Positions 61,730-64,000 of a DNA stretch of 64,000 bases are shown here, piece after piece. This DNA comes from Promethearchaeota archaeon Loki_b32. GTDB lineage: Archaea; Asgardarchaeota; Lokiarchaeia; Sigyniarchaeales; SOKP01. The notes under the pieces were generated by a model. The model saw only the letters and a program-made list of their open reading frames with translations. It was not told the DNA's origin and ran no database searches. The stretch's first letter is position 1. Each line of letters starts with the position of its first letter. The stretch covers positions 32,001 to 96,000 of the forward strand of contig NJBH01000008.1 in NCBI GenBank assembly GCA_005223125.1. Direction: 5' to 3'. A program made the translations under genes and the position numbers.

Positions 61730-63892
61730 ATGGTTAGGTTTTCTACTAAAAAATTTATCTACTTTTCAATCATCATTTTAACTCTCATTCCACTTGTCAG
61801 TTCAAGTCTAAGTTTTAGCTTCTCGAATTTAGAAAAGAATAATGTTTCGGAGGAAATTAGAGTTTCAAATGGAAACTTAGATTTGGATTTATCATTTCTA
61901 CCAGATATTGATTATTCTTCGTTAAATAATCTCTGGTATAACCATAAAATCGAAATGTTGATAATAACTCCAGATGGTTCTGCATTTGTCAACGCAATTC
62001 AACCATTAGCAGATTGGAAAAATGAGAAAGGGGTAAAAACAGTCATATTAAGCAATTACTCTTCATATGAAGGTGTGGATGATGCTGATAAAATTCGTAA
62101 TATGATTAAATCGTATTATGAAAAAGAAAATGTTAGATGGGTCCTTTTAGCAGGTGATGCTGGAAACGGAAAGAATGAGCTCCCGATTAGATATGTTTAT
62201 AATCCCGATGTTAGAAGCGTGGACCCACCTGAAAGTGAATCCATAGGAGATAATTATTTTAAACCTACGGATTTTTATTATGCGGATCTTACAGGTACTT
62301 GGGATAGCGATGAAGATGAAGTATGGGGAGAGGCACCAGAGTATAATGATTTTGGTTTAGATGAGATTTCATGGATCCCTGAGGTTTATGTTGGAAGATT
62401 ACCCGCAGGTAATTCCGTTGAACTTGAGACTATGGTAAACAAAACATTAAAATATGAAACTGATCCAGACGTAGATGATTGGATGAATAATATGCTCCTC
62501 GCTGGAGGTATTTCTGATACATTTTTTCAAGAGCCTCCAGATGGAGAAGATGAATCAAAACTAACTACATATATTTGGCAGAATTATGTTTTGTCAGAGA
62601 TGAACTTTACCCATTTATGGAGATCGACATATTATATACCTCCTGATCCTAAAGAACCATTAAATTCAACAAGTTTCATAGATCAATTTAATTTAGGTTA
62701 TTCAACGGTAATTTTTGCGGGTCATGGAGAATATTCTAGATATTTAGATCAATCTGGTACAATATATACCAATAATGATGCTCAAAATGCATTAAATACT
62801 AATAAACCTTCATTAGTCTATGGAGATGCATGTACTACATCTAGCTATGATTATAACAATAATAGTATTGGAGAATATTTAATCAAAAAAAAAGATGCTG
62901 GAGCAATTGGATATATCGGAGGTTTAAGAGTAACATGGTACCACGTGAATGATGACAACCTAGAGAAATTGAATCGTGGAAACGCGAAGCTTTTTTGGAA
63001 AGAATTTTTTGAAGGAAAAAAGTTTCAACAAGGAAGAGCTCTATATGATTCTAAAGTTGCATATATAAATAGTGACTATTATAAAGGAGGAGAAGGAGCA
63101 ACATATAAGGAATGGGAACGTAAAAATCTATTAACATACTGTCTTTTGGGTGATCCAGAACTTGATATTTATACCAATAAACCAAAATTGGCATTAAATC
63201 CTTTTACTGAAAATATTTATGAAGGCCAATTAGTTTCTACATCGATAAAGGATATCAATGGTAAAAACATTCCTTACGCAAGAGTTCACTTAAAATCATC
63301 TGATGGTAAATATTATACAGCATATGCAGATGAACGTGGTTTAGTGAGATTCCGTCTTCCTGCTCAAGCAACTGAATTTTATAATGTAACTATTACAGGA
63401 CATAATTTAGTTCCAACACATTTCAATTTTACTACAATTCCAGATAATTACGACCCTCAATTACTCAGATTAGACGTAATTCCTGAGAAACCTTCATCAT
63501 CTAACAAAATAAATTTTAGTATTGAAACTTATGATAATATGTCTGGAATAGAAAGTGTATATTTAGTATTATCAAAAGACAACTTTACTACTTACTCATA
63601 TTATGAATCAACAAATAGCTATGAAGAAAATAATGATGTATTTACAATCACTACTGACAGATTAACTTCGGGTGAATATTCCTATTGTATTGTTTCAAGA
63701 GACTATGCAAACAATACAAATGTGTTTTATAATTCAGGATTCACTTTTTCTCTATTAAAACCTATGATAGATTATATATTTATTTCATTTAGTGTTATGA
63801 TTGTTGCAATCATAGGAATCTCTGTTTTCAGTCTCTTCAAAGGTTTACAAAGATATTCTCGTGTTGTCAAAGAGATTGAAAAATTAACGTAA
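61730..63892 (+). CDS. C25 (gingipain-like) cysteine peptidase, secreted and membrane-anchored
   Basis: LADWKNEKG, VLLAGD, TDFYYADL, VGRLP, FAGHG, DACTT, LLGDPEL; N-terminal signal and C-terminal TM. Confidence 0.92.
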   Translation: MVRFSTKKFIYFSIIILTLIPLVSSSLSFSFSNLEKNNVSEEIRVSNGNLDLDLSFLPDIDYSSLNNLWYNHKIEMLIITPDGSAFVNAIQPLADWKNEKGVKTVILSNYSSYEGVDDADKIRNMIKSYYEKENVRWVLLAGDAGNGKNELPIRYVYNPDVRSVDPPESESIGDNYFKPTDFYYADLTGTWDSDEDEVWGEAPEYNDFGLDEISWIPEVYVGRLPAGNSVELETMVNKTLKYETDPDVDDWMNNMLLAGGISDTFFQEPPDGEDESKLTTYIWQNYVLSEMNFTHLWRSTYYIPPDPKEPLNSTSFIDQFNLGYSTVIFAGHGEYSRYLDQSGTIYTNNDAQNALNTNKPSLVYGDACTTSSYDYNNNSIGEYLIKKKDAGAIGYIGGLRVTWYHVNDDNLEKLNRGNAKLFWKEFFEGKKFQQGRALYDSKVAYINSDYYKGGEGATYKEWERKNLLTYCLLGDPELDIYTNKPKLALNPFTENIYEGQLVSTSIKDINGKNIPYARVHLKSSDGKYYTAYADERGLVRFRLPAQATEFYNVTITGHNLVPTHFNFTTIPDNYDPQLLRLDVIPEKPSSSNKINFSIETYDNMSGIESVYLVLSKDNFTTYSYYESTNSYEENNDVFTITTDRLTSGEYSYCIVSRDYANNTNVFYNSGFTFSLLKPMIDYIFISFSVMIVAIIGISVFSLFKGLQRYSRVVKEIEKLT

Positions 63893-64000
63893 ATAATAGG
63901 ATTCTCAACTTTTGTTAATTTTATCATGTTTCAAATCTAGTAGATATAAGATTGAACTTATGGTCCCAAATATACCTTGAATAATCAAAGCTAAAGCAAT

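Overview
AT-rich archaeal chromosomal segment, almost certainly Asgard (Lokiarchaeia-like). The evidence is four Rab-like small GTPases, V4R and longin-like proteins, eukaryote-type ribosomal protein eL22 and PSTK, alongside TBP, TFS, aIF2-gamma, Cdc48, tetraether synthase, form III RuBisCO with R15P isomerase, IleRS, CysRS and UvrC. Most of the window is housekeeping. The standout is an accessory locus at about 55.6-59.4 kb that reads as a polymorphic archaeocin/immunity system. It has a secreted precursor (signal peptide, rhodanese domain, pro-region, Pro20 linker, 10-Cys halocin-C8-like C-terminus) followed by a small membrane protein. Two diverged orphan paralogs of that membrane protein lie upstream, each preceded by what looks like debris of a lost precursor. 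Other notable items: a 10x35-aa repeat protein with nebulin-like periodicity, two structured non-coding elements (a possible two-state leader before ileS and a 118-nt closed-stem RNA), V4R-Rab gene pairings, STI1-like inserts in two ABC ATPases, an HhH-aIF2-gamma fusion, and a duplicated beta-propeller surface gene with a G12 tract. No tRNA, rRNA, CRISPR array or intact mobile element was recognised. All calls come from reading motifs by eye; no searches were run.
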